This document shows positions 9,419-19,162 of a stretch of DNA of 64,000 bases, piece by piece. The position numbers and the translations under genes were made by a program. Position 1 is the first letter of the stretch; the number at the start of each line of letters is the position of its first letter. Source of the stretch: Ostreococcus lucimarinus (Eukaryota); NCBI GenBank assembly GCA_000092065.1, contig CP000589.1; one strand, written 5' to 3'. The notes under the pieces were generated by a model, which was not told where the DNA came from, did no database searches, and saw nothing but the letters and a program-made list of their open reading frames with translations.

Positions 9419-10525
9419 CTAGTGCGTCCGCTCGGCGGACATCACGTCGTTGAACGATTCCGGCGGCTCCGTCGCGAATGTCAACGTCTCCTCCTCAAAC
9501 GGCATGACGAGCTCGAGGGCGTGTAAGAACATCCTATACGAATCGGTATCGTCAGAGTACGCCATATCGCCCAAAATTGGATGCCCCGAATGCATCAAGT
9601 GCAAACGAATCTGGTGTCGCCGACCGGTGACGGGCCTGCACTCCAAGCGACTCACCTCGACGCCGCGATTGGCGCCGTCGAGCGTGCAGTAGCCGCGTTG
9701 CAACACTTTAAAGCTCGTCTCGCTCGCCTTTCCGTTTTCTTCGTCCACGCGTTCGCGAAATCCCTTCACGTCCGTCGGATCTTTCCCGAGTTTCGCGTTC
9801 ACCGTCCATTCGTCCTCCTTCGGCCAACCGAAGACGACGGCTAAATACTTCTTCTTCGCCAGGCGATCGCGAAACAATTTCGCCGCGTTCCCCGCGGCTT
9901 CTCGCGTGTGCGCCGTGAGCACCACTCCGCTCGTCGCCGTGTCCAGCTGATGACAAAACCGATGGTGCTTACCCGGATACTTCAAGTTCAACCAATCCTC
10001 GCAGCTCGCGTCGCCGTCCCATCGCGGCGTGAACCGCGTCTTCTCCACTCGATTTCCATCCGCGTCGTTCTCCATCCATCCTCGAGGCGTGTCCAGCCGC
10101 ACCGCGAACGGTTTATTCACCGCGACGTACCCTCGCTTTTCGCACTCGTACACGGTTTCGTATTTCCGTTCGAGCACGCCCGGCTGTCGCAGCGCGCACG
10201 CCGTCGCCGTCTCGTCCCCGAGCTCGCCGCGTCGCTCCAAAAATTCCAAGTACGACATTCTCGGCGCGATCTCCGTCGCCACGTCGTACGTTTGCGCGCG
10301 CGGGTGTTCGCGGAGCATCGCGTCGACGTCTTCGGCGCGCGCGCCGCGAGAGACGAGGCACTCGCGCGCGGTTTCGCCGTCGCGCGCGCCGGCGGCTCGA
10401 ACGCTGACCCAAGGCTGCGGGTCGTGTTTCATGACGCGTCGCGCGCGTTTGGACGCGCGCGCGGCCGAAGACGCGAGTCTGGCGCGAGCGAAGCGTTCGG
10501 TTCGCCTGGCGAGGGCGATTCGCAT
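9419..10525 (-). CDS. RluA-family pseudouridine synthase (RPUSD-like), possible mitochondrial presequence
   Basis: Catalytic-loop HQLDTATSGVVL and the conserved GRRHQIRLHL motif are present. The N-terminus is Arg-rich and amphipathic. An alternative start is the ATG at 10432. Confidence 0.8.
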   Translation of the reverse strand: MRIALARRTERFARARLASSAARASKRARRVMKHDPQPWVSVRAAGARDGETARECLVSRGARAEDVDAMLREHPRAQTYDVATEIAPRMSYLEFLERRGELGDETATACALRQPGVLERKYETVYECEKRGYVAVNKPFAVRLDTPRGWMENDADGNRVEKTRFTPRWDGDASCEDWLNLKYPGKHHRFCHQLDTATSGVVLTAHTREAAGNAAKLFRDRLAKKKYLAVVFGWPKEDEWTVNAKLGKDPTDVKGFRERVDEENGKASETSFKVLQRGYCTLDGANRGVEVSRLECRPVTGRRHQIRLHLMHSGHPILGDMAYSDDTDSYRMFLHALELVMPFEEETLTFATEPPESFNDVMSAERTH

Positions 10526-10594
10526 CGAGCGCGGCGCGGAATGCGGCGCGGCGCGGCGCGCGCGGAGAGCGCTCGGCGGCGCGCGGCGTCGCTA

Positions 10595-11578
10595 TTAAAA
10601 ATTAAACGCGGTGCTCCCCGCGCTGTCGGGAGTGCCGCGTTGGACTATGCCGGATATCGGAGGACTCGGGAAATCGTCTTCGTCGGGCGTGGCGTAACCG
10701 TCGTCGCTCGCCGCGGGCGACGGCGAACGCTCGGACGACGGCGCGACCGGAGCGACGTCCGCGCCGAGCAGCGCGCGCTCGGCGACCGCCATGAACTCGC
10801 GCGGATCGACGCCAGATAATTTATTCATCTCCCGAACCATTTCGGCGAGCATGACGCACTCGGCTTCGACGAGCGCGAGTCGCTCGCCTCGCTCGGCGGA
10901 TTCTCGTTCGCTCGCCTCGAGCGCGCGCGCCGTCTTTCTACACGTTTCCCGCGTCGACGCCGCGCGCGCGAGCCGCTTTTCCAGCTCGAGCGCGTCGTCT
11001 CGCAGACGCCGCTCGTTCGCGCGCATCGACTCGATCGTCTCGCGCTGCGTCTCGCACTCCACTTTCAGCGCCGCGCGTTCGCCGAGCGTCTCCGTCAACC
11101 GTTTTCGCAGCGCCAGCTTTTCCTCCGCCTCCGCGTCCGCGATCGCCTCCGCCTTCCCAAGCGCCCCTCTGAGCTCTTTCTCTCGATCCTCCAGCGCGCG
11201 CATCTCCTCGCGCGCCGTCTTCAATCGCGCCTCGAGCGCCGCGATCCTCTCGAGCGCTCGCGCGTCGTCGCCGTCGTCGCGCGTCGCCGTCGACGCGTCC
11301 GCGCGCGTCTCCTCGCGCGCCCTTCGCGTCGTCGACGCCGTCGCGCGCACCGTCGCTCGCACGCGCGCGTGTCGCAGCGCGCGATTCTCGCGCCGCAGCG
11401 TCTCGCACTCTCGCCGCAGCGCCGTCGTCTCGCCGTCGCTCGCCCGCGCGTTCGTCGTCGCCGTCGTCGTCGCGCGGTCGTCGTCGCCGTCGCGCATCTG
11501 TCGCAGCGCGCGCTCGAGCGCCGCGCTGCTCGCGCCGCGCGGCAGCCCGAATCGCGCGCGCAGGTCCTCGACCGACAT
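10595..11578 (-). CDS. coiled-coil protein of unknown function
   Basis: Heptad-rich E/R/A/L sequence (ALERIAALEARLKTAREEMRALEDREKELRG...). Start chosen at the ATG at 11578 (MSVEDLRARFGL). The ORF continues upstream to 12307 but is antisense to the WD40 gene there. Confidence 0.45.
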   Translation of the reverse strand: MSVEDLRARFGLPRGASSAALERALRQMRDGDDDRATTTATTNARASDGETTALRRECETLRRENRALRHARVRATVRATASTTRRAREETRADASTATRDDGDDARALERIAALEARLKTAREEMRALEDREKELRGALGKAEAIADAEAEEKLALRKRLTETLGERAALKVECETQRETIESMRANERRLRDDALELEKRLARAASTRETCRKTARALEASERESAERGERLALVEAECVMLAEMVREMNKLSGVDPREFMAVAERALLGADVAPVAPSSERSPSPAASDDGYATPDEDDFPSPPISGIVQRGTPDSAGSTAFNF

Positions 11579-11702
11579 ATCGCTCGCGCGCGACGCCGAG
11601 ACGCGCGCGACGCGCGATAGACGCGACGCGACGCGTCGCGAGCTGTCGCGATGCGATTTGAATTCGCAAAAGTCATTCGAATCGACACTCCGCGTCGCGC
11701 GC

Positions 11703-13172
11703 ATGCGACGCGCGCGCGCGACGCGCGATGCGTTCGCGCGCGACGCGTCGTCGCGCGGTCGTCGCGACGCGCCGCGCGCGCGCGACGTCGCGGGCGTCGT
11801 CGAGTCGCCGTACGTCGTGCGGTTCAACTTTAATCGCGACGACCGCGGCGCGGCGCTCGCGATCGGCGACGAGCGCGGGCGCGCGACGATCGCGCGCGCG
11901 AGCGTGTCGCAGCGCGACGACGGGCGGCGGCGCGCGACGGCGATCGCGGCGCACGAGAACGCGGTGTACGACGTCGCGTGGACGCGCGACGACGCGCGGG
12001 TGCTCACGGCGAGCGCGGATCGCGCGGTGGCGATGTTCGACGCGGAGACGGGACGGATGCTGGCGAAAATGATGGGACACGGCGCGAGCGTGAAAGCCGT
12101 GGCGACGGCGCCGACGCAGCGGGAGGTGTTCGCGAGCGGAGGACGGGACGGGCGGTTGATTCTGAGCGACGCGCGGACGAGGCGGGGCGCGGCGAACGAG
12201 GCGGAGGACGCGGACGCGGGCGAAGTGACGCCGACGCGGACGGTGCGACGGGCGCACAGGGCGCCGGGGGCGGGGACGCGGGCGAGCGCGGCGCTGCACA
12301 GCGTCACGTCGGTGGCGTTCGATGGGTCGGGGAGCGTCGTGCTGAGCTCGGGAGGGTCGGACGGGTTGGTGAAAATGTGGGACGCGCGGAAGATGAAGGG
12401 CGCGATAGGAGTTTTAGAGGACGAGCGCGAGGACGCGTTCGTGCGAGGTTCGTTCTACGATGTCGGATTGGGCGCGCGGTTCGGCGGTGAGGGCGCGCGC
12501 GCGACGCGGGCGTCGCGAGGGATCTCCGGGATCGCCGTCGATCCGACGTCGTCGCGCGTCGTCGTTTCGTATCTCGACGACCACATGGCGATGTTTGACG
12601 CGAACGATCCGCGAGGGAAGCCGCTGCGACACTTCGTCGGTCACAGGTCGAGATCGTATTACATCAAGCCGACGTTTTCGCCCGACGGCGATCGCGTCGC
12701 GTGCGGCTCGCTGGACAACGACGTGCACGTGTGGGACGTCCGCGACGCGAGCGCGCCGTCCGTCGCGCTCGATGGTCACACCGCGAGCGTGAGCTGCGTG
12801 CACTGGTCGCCGACGGATCCTCACGCCCTTGCGTCGTGTTGCGACGACGGCGAAATCAGACTGTGGCGCTTTGACGGCGCGCGAAAGCCCAGCGTCCGCG
12901 CTCGCGTCGACTCGCGAGCCAAGCGCCCGGCGCCGCCGTTGCACCCGAACATCCTCCGCGCCCTCGGGCGCGCGCCCACCTTCGACGACTCCGCCTCGGC
13001 GGACCACGACATCGCCATCCCCGGCGCCTTCGCGCCCGCGTCTCCGTCGGCGCCGACGCGCGTCCTCGCCGCCGACGTCCCGCCCGCGAAGCGTCGCGAG
13101 CGCGTCGAGCCATCGCCGCGCCGCCCGTTTCGCGACGTCGCCAACGTCCGCGGCCGACGCGCGCTTTCCTAG
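11703..13172 (+). CDS. DTL: WD40-repeat protein DTL/CDT2-like (CRL4 substrate receptor)
   Basis: Seven WD repeats align with denticleless/CDT2 (HENAVYDVAWTRDDARVLTASADRAVAMFD..., GGRDGRLILSD, CDDGEIRLWRF). The ORF upstream of the ATG at 11703 is Ser-rich junk antisense to the previous gene. Confidence 0.8.
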   Translation: MRRARATRDAFARDASSRGRRDAPRARDVAGVVESPYVVRFNFNRDDRGAALAIGDERGRATIARASVSQRDDGRRRATAIAAHENAVYDVAWTRDDARVLTASADRAVAMFDAETGRMLAKMMGHGASVKAVATAPTQREVFASGGRDGRLILSDARTRRGAANEAEDADAGEVTPTRTVRRAHRAPGAGTRASAALHSVTSVAFDGSGSVVLSSGGSDGLVKMWDARKMKGAIGVLEDEREDAFVRGSFYDVGLGARFGGEGARATRASRGISGIAVDPTSSRVVVSYLDDHMAMFDANDPRGKPLRHFVGHRSRSYYIKPTFSPDGDRVACGSLDNDVHVWDVRDASAPSVALDGHTASVSCVHWSPTDPHALASCCDDGEIRLWRFDGARKPSVRARVDSRAKRPAPPLHPNILRALGRAPTFDDSASADHDIAIPGAFAPASPSAPTRVLAADVPPAKRRERVEPSPRRPFRDVANVRGRRALS

Positions 13173-13433
13173 CCCTCAGCGCGTCGCGAGGTCGCGACGA
13201 ACCACCATCGCGCGCGCGTCCACGCGCGCGTTTCGAGCGCGAACGCGCGCGCGACGCGTCGAATCGACCCCCCGTAGCGCGTCGGGACTCGCGAAATCTC
13301 TCGAGTTCGTTGAAACGACAAAAAAATCTCTCTTCGTTCAAACCGTCGCGCGCGCCGATCGTCACCGCGCGCCGCGCGCCGCGCCGCGCCGCGCTCGACG
13401 CGAGAAGCGAACGCGCGTCGATTTCGCCGCGCC

Positions 13434-15910
13434 ATGGCGCTGCTCGAGCGCGCGCGAAGCGAACTGGACGCCCTCGAGCGCTCCGTCGCCGAAGGGGACA
13501 CCGCGCGCGCGACGCGCGACGACGACGACGCGACGCCGGCGAAACGCTCGACGACGGCGACGCCCGATCCGTGGACGCGAGCGGCGCCGGATGACGCGCG
13601 CGCGACGCGCGCGGGGCTGACGGTGAAGACGAAGACGCGAGGGGACGGCGAGGGACGGCGGGACGCGACGACGACGACGTTCGCGGAGGCGCTGGCGGAA
13701 GAGTTGAAGGACGCGCGAGGGAATCCCGCGACGCCGGCGTCGAGGGACGTGAGCGATGTGCCGTTGCACGATGCGGTGAAACGGGCGGACGCGGAGGCGG
13801 TGCGAACGATGGTGAGACGAGCGACGGAGGGGGGCGCGAGACGAGAGCCGTCGTGGCCGCCGAGCAAAGCGGCGTTGAATCGAATAGATTCGCTCGGCGA
13901 TTGCAGAAGCGCGCCGCGAGGAGTGGACGCGAAGAATGCGAACGGAGACACCGCGCTGGCGGTGGCGTGCGCGCTGGAGGATGGGAAGGCGTGCGAAGAG
14001 ATGGTGAAGATTTTGGTGGACGCCGGCGCGGACGCGAGCGCGCTTTCAAACGGAATGGCGCCGGTGCACTGGGCGTGCGCGCTAGGGCATCGCGACGCGC
14101 TCGCGTGCATGGTCGACGCGTCGTCGACGTCAATCGTGAATCTTCGTGCCGAAGATGGGTCGACGCCGTTGCTCGTGGCGGCGGAACACGGTAAAATCGA
14201 AGTCATACGATGGTTGCTCGAGCGCGGCGACGTCGACGCGATGGCGAGAAACGCGCATGGACGCGACGTACTCGGCGCGCTCGGCGCGAAGATGCGTCGA
14301 CAGAGTCAATCGGCGAGGAGTGAGTTACGTGCGGAGATATTTGAACTCATTCCTTCGCTGCGTTTGGCGTTTTTGTCCCATCCTGATTGCGAAGAACACG
14401 TGTCGTTCAAGCCACATCAAGAGAGCCCCGAGCGCATAGTCGCCATTCTCGCCGAGTTGCAGCGCGTGATCGACCGCGGTGAACTCGCAATGGGAGAGCT
14501 AGATAAGACATGCACGTTCGGCGCCGCCGAACCGTCGGATATCCTCCGAGCGCACGATGAGAATTACGTCCGCGTGTTGGCCGAACTCAGCGATCGCGTC
14601 GGGCAAACGCCCATCGCGTTCACGCCGTACTGTCAAAACCATAACGGCGTGCCAGAAAAACTACAAAAACCCGCGGAGAACAGTGACACATTCTTTTCAC
14701 CGGGCACGTTGCAAGCGGCGCTTAGAGCTGCGGGCGGGGTCATTCACGCCGTGGATAGAGTCTTGGATGGGAAGAATAGGAGCGCTTTCGTATGCTGTCG
14801 CCCGCCCGGTCATCACGCCGGGATCAACGGCGCCACGGAAGGCGCGCCGTCGAGCGGCTTTTCCATTTTGAACAACGCCATGATCGGTATGTGCGCACTT
14901 TGCGCGAGCGACGCGAGCGATCGATTTTTCTTGAAACGGACGCACACGCATAACCGCGGCGCTTCTACGACACGCGTCGCGGACATGATGCGCGTCCTAC
15001 ATCGACGTCCACTTTCAATGACAGAGAGTTCTGAGCGTGGCTCTGCTGACAGATACGGGTGGTACATTTCGCGCGACTCGACTAACTGACTGACGCTGAC
15101 GTTCACAACGCAGGCGCTTTGCACGCCATCGACGTTCGCAAATGCATGCGGGTCGCCGTGGTTGATTTCGACGTGCATCACGGGAACGGCACCGAAGAAA
15201 TCGCCAGGCATTGGCTCACGAAGCAGCGCGCGAGAGACGACTATCACCGGCACAAATCTCCTGACTTGTTCTTCGCGTCGATTCACTTGGCGGATGATGG
15301 AACGTCTTCGGGCATGCTTCCATTCTACCCGGGCAGCGGCGTGCAGGATGATTTGATGAACAATATCGTCAATGTCGTCGTCCCACCGATGTGGCTCGCC
15401 AAGGGCGCAAGCGCCACGGCACACGCGGAAACCGGCGAGCGCGCTCGGAAAAAAACAAAACGCTTCGCTGACTCTGAAGATGCCGCCGCCGCGCCGCCGC
15501 CGAAGACCATCGCCATTGAACCCGAGCAGCAACAAGGTGGGCGCCTAGAGTGGATGAAGGCGTTTCGAGAGCGCTTGATTCCCGCTCTCAGGGCGTTCGG
15601 TCCTGAGCTCATAATCGTGTCCGCGGGATTCGACGCGGCGGCTTCGGACGTAGGAAACTTGGGCGTCGATCCGCGTCGAAACACGAGGCACCAAGGCGCT
15701 AACCTTCGCGCTGAAGACTACGAGGACATGACGAAGTTGCTCGTAAACGTGTCGAACGTTTGCGATGGGCGAGTTGTATCTATTTTAGAAGGGGGCTACG
15801 GACACTTGATGAGCGTCGGAAAATCGAGCGACGGCGCGCAAAATGCGTTGACGCTCGGTAGAGACGTCTTCGCCAAATGCGTCAAAGCGCACGTCCAGGC
15901 GCTCATCTGA
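13434..15910 (+). CDS. histone deacetylase (class II-like) with N-terminal ankyrin repeats; two exons joined as 13434..14886 + 15114..15910
   Basis: Ankyrin repeats (GDTALAVACALEDG..., DGSTPLLVAAEHGKIEV...) are followed by the HDAC domain split over two frames: ...CCRPPGHHAG...FSILNNAMIG | ALHAIDVRKCMRVAVVDFDVHHGNGTEE...SAGFDAAASD...LEGGY. Splicing at G|GTATGT...CAG|GC restores the frame. Confidence 0.8.
14887..15113 (+). other. intron (227 nt) of the ankyrin-HDAC gene
   Basis: GTATGT donor at 14887; ACTAAC and CTGAC branch-like motifs lie 20-35 nt upstream of the CAG acceptor at 15111-15113; phase 1. Joining gives the canonical HDAC sequence. Confidence 0.75.
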
Positions 15911-15927
15911 TGTTGTACTTTTCACTC

Positions 15928-15932
15928 TGTAA
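15928..15932 (+). promoter_or_regulatory. TGTAA candidate polyadenylation signal after the HDAC gene
   Basis: TGTAA is about 18 nt after the stop, in a 63-bp AT-rich gap between convergent genes. Confidence 0.35.
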
Positions 15933-15973
15933 ATAACGTATCTTGTATTGTACACACGCAGCTCGTGTTGTTA

Positions 15974-17386
15974 TTAATTTGACACGTTCGCACGCAGCGT
16001 CTGGATCTCACGCGCGAACGCTTCACCGATGTAGTCGGCGTCCGGCGTCGCGTCTGGGTCGACGACTAACGTTAGGCGAAGGTTACCGGCGTAACTGAAC
16101 ACGCTTACTTGATTGACGAGGTTCGAACACGCAAAAACAATATCGCGCACGCGAGAGCCCATTAATAAAATCGGTTCCGTCGGCCCCGGGACGTTGGTGA
16201 AGACCATACTGTGCCGAGACATGTAATCGAAGACGACTTGACGCTGCACGTCGGGACCCGCCGTGGCAACGACTTCGTTCAACGCGCGGGTGACGTACGG
16301 TTCAGGCGATCGCTTCATAAAGTTGCAAACCTTTTGCGCCTTTGACAGGCGCTCGGCAGCACTCATGACACCCATGGGAAACGTCAAAGAGACAAACGTC
16401 CAGGAATTTGTCAGCGCGCCGACGACGCGATTGGGGAAAGCGTACGGCGTCGCCGCGCGAATGAGCGGCTTCTTCGCCGCGCTCTTATCGCCCATCTCTT
16501 CCAGGTACTGCTGAATCGCCCCCGCCAAAGCAGCGACGACGATGTCGTTCACCGTACACCCGCTGCCGTTTTTAATCTTCTTAACATCTTCCATGGGTAT
16601 CGGCGGACACACAACGACGCGCCGCTTGCCTGAAAACGCATACGGCGGACGCGACCCTTTAAACGTGGTCTTCGTGTCATACGGCCCCGCCGCGGTGAAC
16701 ACAGCCTTCAACGCGCCGTAAATGCACACGAAAATAAACGTGATGAACGCCCAAATAACAGCTAAAACGGATTTGTGCGCCTTGGCCGCGCGCCGCTTGA
16801 AATCCAACAAACGCATGTCGCCCCCGTCGAGCGCCGTGGACACCTTTTTCAAAACATCCACGAGCGCGATCCCATCCCCGATCGCGTGGCTCACTCGAAA
16901 CATCACCACCGGTGGTTCTGGGCTCGTTTTCGCGTCCCCATCCCACGCCGCGCTCGTCTTCTTCCGCGTCACCACGACGCAGTCCCACAGCGGCGACTCC
17001 GCGTCGAACGGTTTCAGCGTCGCCTCGTTCATCACCCTCGCCAGCTCCCTCGCGCTCTCCACCTCAACGCGCGCGAACCGTTTCATCACATCGTACCCTC
17101 CCCCCTCGATCACCTCCCATCGCAATCGCCGCAGCGTCTTTTCGCTCTTCGCGTTCGCCGGTCGCGCTCGGCTCCGCAGCTCGGGAAACGCCTCCAGCTT
17201 CTCCGCGAACGTCCTGACGTCCTCGTCCGTCGGCGCGCGCTCGAGATAAAACGTCGAGACGAGCGGGAAGTCCGGCGCGTTCGCCTTGCGCGGGAACGCG
17301 CCGCCCGGTCCGCGCAGCGTCGCGCGCGCGAGCGTTTCCGTGAGCGTGTTCATCGCCATCGTCGTCGTCGTCGTCGTCGTCGTCAT
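15974..17386 (-). CDS. wax ester synthase / diacylglycerol O-acyltransferase (WS/DGAT, WSD1-like)
   Basis: Condensation-type active-site motif VSHAIGDG (HHxxxDG variant), a hydrophobic middle segment and a C-terminal DUF1298-like region. Start placed at the ATG at 17386 ([14 protein letters not shown]...); upstream ORF codons are Arg-rich. Confidence 0.72.
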   Translation of the reverse strand: MTTTTTTTTMAMNTLTETLARATLRGPGGAFPRKANAPDFPLVSTFYLERAPTDEDVRTFAEKLEAFPELRSRARPANAKSEKTLRRLRWEVIEGGGYDVMKRFARVEVESARELARVMNEATLKPFDAESPLWDCVVVTRKKTSAAWDGDAKTSPEPPVVMFRVSHAIGDGIALVDVLKKVSTALDGGDMRLLDFKRRAAKAHKSVLAVIWAFITFIFVCIYGALKAVFTAAGPYDTKTTFKGSRPPYAFSGKRRVVVCPPIPMEDVKKIKNGSGCTVNDIVVAALAGAIQQYLEEMGDKSAAKKPLIRAATPYAFPNRVVGALTNSWTFVSLTFPMGVMSAAERLSKAQKVCNFMKRSPEPYVTRALNEVVATAGPDVQRQVVFDYMSRHSMVFTNVPGPTEPILLMGSRVRDIVFACSNLVNQVSVFSYAGNLRLTLVVDPDATPDADYIGEAFAREIQTLRANVSN

Positions 17387-17577
17387 CGCGCGTCCGCGTC
17401 GCGCGCGCGCGGCGATCGAACCCGTCCCTCGCGCGTCGTTCGCGCGCGTCGTCGCCGCGTCGTCGCGCGCGAGAGTGGCGCGCGCGCGGCGCGCGCGCGG
17501 CGACCGTTGCCGCAGATTGACGCGCGGCGAACGCGCGACGAACGCGCGCGATGGCGACCGCGGTCGCGGCGGCGGTG

Positions 17578-17665
17578 CGCGACGCGCGACGCGCGCGACG
17601 CGCGACGCGCGACGCGCGACGGCGCGCGACGGCGACGGCGCGACGCGACGCGACGCGACGCGATC
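17578..17665. repeat. (GACGCGC)n / (GACGC)n simple tandem repeat in the divergent promoter between WS/DGAT and RPT2
   Basis: gacgcgcgacgcgcgacgcgcgacgcgcgacg...cgacgcgacgcgacgcgacgcgatcgcgacgatcg is directly visible. Confidence 0.7.
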
Positions 17666-17726
17666 GCGACGATCGAAACGATCGTCGAGTCGACGTCGCG
17701 ACGCCGACGCGCGACGACGCGACGCG

Positions 17727-18980
17727 ATGGAACGACTGACGACGACGCGCGCGGTGTGCGATGACGCGCAGATGCCGGCGACGCACGCGAACGCGAGCGG
17801 GGCGACGACGACGAGCGAGGGATCCTCGACGACGACGGATCTGTACGCGCGACTCAAGTCGCTTCAACGCGAACTGGAGCTGGTGGAGATTCAAGAGGAG
17901 TACATCAAGGATGAACAAAAGAACTTGAAGATTGAATTGCTCAGGGCGCAGGAAGAGGTGAAGCGGATACAGAGCGTGCCGTTGGTGATTGGACAGTTTT
18001 TGGAGATGGTGGACGCGGAGACGGGGATCATATCGTCGACGACGGGGTCGAATTATTACGTGCGGATTTTGTCGACGCTGAACCGGGAGCTGTTGAAACC
18101 GTCGAGCTCGGTGGCGTTGCACAGACATTCGAACGCGCTGGTGGAGATTTTACCTCCCGAGGCGGATTCGTCGATTTCTTTGTTGAGCGACGCGGAACGG
18201 CCGGATGTGAAGTACAGCGACATCGGGGGGGCGGATGTGCAAAAGCAAGAGATTCGCGAGGCGGTCGAGCTTCCGTTGACGCACTTCGATTTGTATAGGC
18301 AGATTGGAATCGATCCACCGCGTGGGGTCTTGCTGTACGGACCACCCGGGACGGGGAAAACGATGTTGGCCAAGGCGGTGGCGCACCACACCACGGCGGC
18401 GTTTATTCGCGTCGTCGGGAGCGAGTTCGTGCAGAAGTACCTCGGCGAAGGGCCGAGAATGGTGAGAGATGTGTTTCGATTGGCGAAGGAAAACGCCCCA
18501 GCGATCATCTTCATCGACGAGGTCGATTCCATCGCGACTGCGCGTTTCGACGCGCACACCGGCGCGGATCGTGAGGTGCAGCGTATTTTGATGGAGCTCT
18601 TGAACCAAATGGACGGATTCGATCAAACGGTCAACGTCAAAGTAATCATGGCGACGAACCGTGCGGATACCCTCGATCCGGCGTTATTGCGCCCCGGTCG
18701 TCTCGATCGAAAGATTGAGTGCCCGCATCCCGATCGTCGTCAAAAGCGTTTGGTGTTCCAGGTGTGCGTGAACAAGATGAGCCTCAGCGACGAAGTAGAT
18801 TTGGAGGATTACGTCAGTCGACCGGACAAGATCTCCGCCGCGGACATTCGCTCCATCTGCCAAGAAGCCGGGTTGCAAGCCGTTCGGAAGAATCGATACG
18901 TGGTTTTACCGAAAGACTTTGAAGTCGCGTACAAGACGAACGTGCGCAAACCTGACAACGACTTTGAATTTTACCGATAG
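17727..18980 (+). CDS. PSMC1: 26S proteasome regulatory subunit 4 (Rpt2 / PSMC1), AAA-ATPase
   Basis: Walker A GPPGTGKT, Walker B IIFIDEVD, the second region of homology and a C-terminal HbYX-type ...DFEFYR. Residue-by-residue alignment with Rpt2 across the whole length. Confidence 0.9.
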   Translation: MERLTTTRAVCDDAQMPATHANASGATTTSEGSSTTTDLYARLKSLQRELELVEIQEEYIKDEQKNLKIELLRAQEEVKRIQSVPLVIGQFLEMVDAETGIISSTTGSNYYVRILSTLNRELLKPSSSVALHRHSNALVEILPPEADSSISLLSDAERPDVKYSDIGGADVQKQEIREAVELPLTHFDLYRQIGIDPPRGVLLYGPPGTGKTMLAKAVAHHTTAAFIRVVGSEFVQKYLGEGPRMVRDVFRLAKENAPAIIFIDEVDSIATARFDAHTGADREVQRILMELLNQMDGFDQTVNVKVIMATNRADTLDPALLRPGRLDRKIECPHPDRRQKRLVFQVCVNKMSLSDEVDLEDYVSRPDKISAADIRSICQEAGLQAVRKNRYVVLPKDFEVAYKTNVRKPDNDFEFYR

Positions 18981-19162
18981 ACGAGATGGTTTAGTTTTTG
19001 CTAGCGATCGGGCGGCGGTCAACGGCTGTAGTAAAATTTCCTCATATTGAACATGAACAATACATTCCTGTAACTCTCGTACGGTTATTCAGACACTCGC
19101 GCCGTCGCGTTGGCAAACGCGCCGACGCGGGCGAGCGATTTCAATCATAACACCGGAACGCC

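Noticed and set aside
9170-9420. AT-richer intergenic segments (9170-9420, 18981-19162, 48157-48420, 58721-58964, 62157-62450) scanned for tRNA or snRNA genes.
   Set aside because: I found no GGTTCGAATCC/GGTTCGATTCC T-loop box and no convincing acceptor-stem complementarity. They look like ordinary 3' UTR/terminator regions of convergent gene pairs.
10791-11700. Long Arg/Ser/Ala-rich ORFs in the six-frame track. Examples: the 5' 300 codons of 10791..13172, 38453..39745, 7158..8177, 8160..8984, 12856..14133, 13169..14206, the 5' half of 25851..27359, and the upstream parts of 28346..29710 and 1801..3255.
   Set aside because: They lie antisense to, or out of frame with, genes that have clear homologs. 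They are low-complexity (poly-R/A/S) and are the expected product of reading about 70% GC DNA in a frame without stop codons. None has a recognisable domain. Where they extend real genes, I trimmed the start to the first ATG preceding the conserved region.
11700-11705. Divergent genes whose first ATGs overlap on CATG palindromes (also at 49313-49316 and 57202-57205), read as genuinely overlapping coding sequences.
   Set aside because: More likely an ORF-calling artefact. In each case at least one partner has a perfectly good downstream ATG that leaves a 90-180 bp promoter gap like the other head-to-head pairs. I kept the observation as a low-interest finding because it recurs three times.
17578-17665. 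(GACGCGC)n tandem array as a possible CRISPR-like or satellite array.
   Set aside because: Unit length is 5-7 nt with no unique spacers, and it sits in a eukaryotic intergenic promoter. It is a simple microsatellite.
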